A stretch of 64,000 nt of DNA from Histomonas meleagridis 2922-C6/04-290x (lineage: Eukaryota > Protista > Parabasalia). A program made the translations under genes and the position numbers. The stretch covers positions 62,001 through 126,000 of the forward strand of contig JAANOX010000032.1 in the NCBI GenBank assembly GCA_020184695.1, written 5' to 3'. Every line of letters starts with the position of its first letter. Position 1 is the stretch's first letter. The notes under the pieces were generated by a model, which searched no databases, was not told the DNA's origin, and saw only the letters and a list, made by a program, of their open reading frames with translations. This document shows, piece by piece, positions 59,928 through 64,000 of the stretch.

Positions 59928-62818
59928 TTACCAAACAACCATACCTGTTAGAAAAAAATTTGATGGATTTGGTTCGGCAATTATCATTTTAGGGTTATCA
60001 AATCCTGGAGGTAATGGCCTTGTTTCTGTGGCTAAAAGTTTTTCGTCGTATATAATATCTTTTTGCTTCTTAAGTAATTCCACTATATTTTTACATTTTT
60101 CATTTTTTTGATTTGAGTTTGCGAGCATAATTGCTGATTTACCATCAAGATTTACTTCATTTATTTTTGTTTCTTTTTGTTGAAGAAGTAATTCTACGAT
60201 TTCAAGACAACCATTTTGTGATGCCCCCATTAAGGAATTCATAAACAAATTTAATAAATTCCGAATTTTTTATATTAATTTCAAAAAATTATAATTATTA
60301 TTATTCTTTTGATTTATATCGATTTCTTTATGTTCGAGTAATAATTTAACAGTTTCTAAATGATCATTAAAACATGCAAATATGAAAGCAGTAGCAAAAC
60401 AATTGATTAAATTCCAAATTTTACACATAATTTCCATTTTTTATTAATAAACATAAAATAAATATAATAAATAGCACGAAGATTAACATCAATTCCTTCA
60501 TGTTCTAGTAAAAGTTTAACTATATCTGTTCTTCCTTCTGAACAAGCAGTCATTAATGGTGTGAAAAATAGATGAAAATAATTCCAAATATTATTTTGAT
60601 ATAGAAATATTTTAAATTAATAATATAATAAAATAAATGAACAGAATTTACATTAATATCAACTTCTTTCTTATCAAGGATTAACTTAAAGATTTCGAAT
60701 TGATTCTTTTTAACTTCTTCAAAATTCGCTTTATTGATTTTAAATAAATAAAATAAACTCTAAATTCGCAAAATAATTTATATTTTTTTTAACATTGATG
60801 ATATTTGATAATTATTCGATGAACTTACTTGAAGATATTTAAAATCGAAATCAAATGAATCATTTTTAGATGCACATAAAGGAATAATAAATATTGCAAA
60901 TAAATTAATTAATTAATAAAAAAACTCCAAATTCATAAAATGAACTTCGAAAAATTAAAGTAAACAATATTGTTTTGTTTTTCCTGTTTATATAATTTCT
61001 CTAAAGAAATGCGTAAAGATGTTTTATGAAGTACAGTTTCGAATGATTGAATGAAATTCCAAATATTATTTCAAAACTTTAAAAAAGCAGAACAAATAGT
61101 ATCTCTCAAATTAATATCAATTCCTTTATGATCAAGAAGTAATTTTACAATTTCAACAAACCCTGCAATCGTTGCATACATTAAAGGCGAACCGAATATA
61201 TTAAATATATTTCACGAAATTTATTAATGAAATATTAAAATTAAGAAATGAATATCAATAAAATTAACATCAATTTCTTTATATTCAAGCAACAATTTAA
61301 CAATATCAATGTAATTATTACGTACAGCAAAAGTTAGAGCTGTTTCAAATAAATTAAATGATTTCCATATATCATTTAAAAACATAAAACTCATAAAATA
61401 AATTTTAAAACATATTATTAAATAGTTTTAGCATTAATATCAATATCTTTTTGCTCAAGAAGTAATTTAACAATATCAGTATAACCTTTCCATGTTGCAG
61501 ATATTAATGGAGTTTCAAAAAATGGAAACAATTTTTAAATTTATTTTAATAAAATATTCGTTACGTTTGTTAACATCAATTCCCTCAACATTAAGAAGAA
61601 GTTTCACAAGGTCAACATTACCATTATTACATGCAAAAAACAATGGCGTTATAAAAATAATTTGTAAATTCCAAATTTTGCAATAAAACACCAAATTTAT
61701 AAAACAAAGAGTTAATAAAAACATAAAACACTTTCAATATTTATATCAATATTTTTACATTTGAGAAGTAATTTAACTATTTTTATATGATTATTTTCTA
61801 ATGCACATGTGAATGCAGATTTTCCTTGAGCATTTTTTTGGAAAATATGAATTCCTTTATGTTGAAGAAGTAATTTAACGATTTCTATATAACCTTTTCT
61901 GGATGCTTGTATAAGTGCTGTATCAAATAATTTTAATAATTACCAAATATTGTTTCAAAATTTCAAATCATTAAAACAAATTATATTTTGTAAATTAACA
62001 TCAATTCCTTCTTGTTCAAGAAGTAATTTAACAATTTCTATATTACCTTTAATAGATGCAATCAAAAGTGCTGTATAAAATAATTTAAATAATTACCAAA
62101 TATTATTTAAAAATTCCAAATATTCGATTAATGAAACAGGATGTTTAAGGAAACTATAACATTTAGTGAATTTTTCATAAATTGATTCTGGTAATGACTT
62201 ATTAACATCATATTTTTTGTTTGATATTATTTCTTGAAGTTGTTCAACATCATCATTACGTATTGCTTTCGTTACTTCAAAAGGATTTCCTTCGTTAATG
62301 TTTTTTTTATGCTCTTCAAAATTGCTTCCTTTTTGTTGACGAATTAATTCAATGAGATCTTTATTTATTCCAAAGGTGAAAACCTGATTTTCAATTGATG
62401 AAATTTGTTCTTTTGTTAATAAATGAACAAAGTATTGGTTGTTTATGAAGGTATTTCGATCAAAACTAATTAAATTGTTTTCTATTAATTTAGCTAATAT
62501 ATAATAGGACTCTCTAGAACGCAGTGTAAGTAAATAACTTTTAAACATTGAAAATAATTGTGGATTTTCTTTAAGAATTTCTTCTTCCTTTTTTTGAATA
62601 AATTGTAAATATTGAAAATATACATTTATGTCTTTACGTTGTGAAAGATATGTTGCATAAATATTTCTTATTAGAACTGCATTAAATGAAATTGAAAAAT
62701 TAGGATCAAATAAATTCATGGTTAATTTAACAGTCAATTGAATGTTTTCTTGATTTAAATTAAAAACTAAGTCACTAATGTCTTGAAGATATTTGATTTC
62801 TTCTTTTGGATTTCTCAT
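59928..62818 (-). CDS. DUF3447-type ankyrin-repeat protein (locus 4) with linkers of 80, 63, 46 and 12 nt; N-terminal domain apparently truncated by an internal deletion
   Basis: ATG at 62818. The N-terminus is homologous to loci 1 and 2 up to SLIEY, then come 90-nt ankyrin segments with linkers of 12+17n nt. Stop at 59928. Confidence 0.8.
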
Positions 62819-64000
62819 TGTTGTTTTGTTGGTTATGAAAAAAAAAGGTTCGGAATACAGCACTTTTAAATATGACGGTTATGTACATTATTTCATGTAT
62901 GGATTTTACATAATATAATGTGCGACATCACTACTAGTGTGTGTTTTCTAAGAAAAAAATTTAGCACATAATGTACAAGAAAGAGTTTTTTATAAGTTTG
63001 ATGATGTTTCGAATCAATTTCAAAAGATATTTTTCTGCTTTTTTCAGATATTTTATTGAATTTCTTTTTATTTTAAATAAATACTTAGCATATAAATTAT
63101 AAATAAGGACTTTAAATTAATCTGTTGGTGGATACATTTCATGGATTTTAATAAATGCATAAACATATGATCACCATTTTATTCATCATATCACTTAAAA
63201 GATTTGATAATTAATCGTCACCATCATTATGCGTTTGAAAATGATCATCAAAATAATCTAATATGTCAGGACATGAATATTCCAGATTGAATATTATCTA
63301 AAAAAAATGCTTCTCTAAAATTCAAGTCCTTTTTAAAGATATGTTTCTCAAACTCTTTCTTAGATCGATCTATTAAATTAGAGAATAAAGGAGTTAAATG
63401 AATATATATTAAAGAAAATTGTTTATCTTTTCTAATTTGATTAAATAACTTTAAGTAATAACCTTGATTTGTTTCTATAGGTAAAATCATGAAATGTAAA
63501 TATAAAAAACTATTCCAATCAAATAAATGTGATTCCTTGAACTCGATGTGACCAAATCTTTAATAAATGTTGTTTTAATTCCTTAAAATTATCTGAGTTT
63601 AAACATTCAATAGCTTCATTAAATTCAAGTTTAAACTTTTATATTATAATTTGAACTTCATAAATATGTCATAAAAGTCTTTAACAATATATTTCGTAAA
63701 TTTAAATTTAAATTTTACTTTTTATTCAAGCTTAAGACAATAAAAGTATTTTGACAAATTAATGCTATAATTATAATTGCAAATAATATTTTCGATGATA
63801 CTTTTCTTGAGCTTGTTTTGATTTCATCTGTTTGTATACTTACATCATCTTTTATTACAGCATGAGTATTTGTTTCATTTGACTTCTCCACAACTTTTTC
63901 TTTTTCATCATAATTTTTAACTTTTTGCTTTTCTTTTGGATTTTGTAAGGTACTTTTTGTTTCGGACTGTTTGGATATTGATAAGTTATTGAATTTTATG

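Noticed and set aside
1-64000. tRNA, rRNA, transposase or Maverick-type element genes
   Set aside because: None recognised by eye; a tRNAscan/Rfam/repeat-library search would be needed to exclude them.

Overview
AT-rich eukaryotic genomic DNA, most likely from a parabasalid protist (Trichomonas/Tritrichomonas/Histomonas-like). This is inferred from the DUF3447-type ankyrin genes, BspA-type LRR surface proteins, very short intergenic regions, TCA-type initiators and parabasalid-like promoter motifs. Ordinary genes include Rab- and Ras-like GTPases, a RasGAP, an NTPDase, clathrin light chain, a Ub-S27a fusion, peptidase T, a UBR-box protein, a saposin-like protein, a GBP-like GTPase, a CK2-like kinase, a kelch protein, DUF1963 and an SH3 protein. 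There is also a 3.46-kb inverted duplication and a cluster of BspA/surface-protein genes and relics. Many frameshifts sit in homopolymers, and some are probably assembly errors. The striking feature is in four ankyrin-repeat loci (70-3530 +, 21126-22917 +, ~49868-50300 +, 59928-62818 -) that look like shredded pseudogenes in the ORF track. In most linkers the 4-codon beta-hairpin (KD-x-x-G-x-TAL) is an 80-nt block made of 4 x [17-nt T-rich spacer + 1 codon]. Removing the 17-mers restores a continuous ankyrin ORF (about 857 aa at locus 1) with no stop codons. Other linkers measure 63, 46 or 12 nt, i.e. 12+17n, so single 17-mers are absent with nucleotide precision. The spacers lack GT-AG ends. 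This points to an undescribed decoding system: non-canonical 17-nt micro-introns with single-codon exons, ribosomal bypass, deletion editing, or DNA excision. The mechanism cannot be determined from DNA sequence alone.
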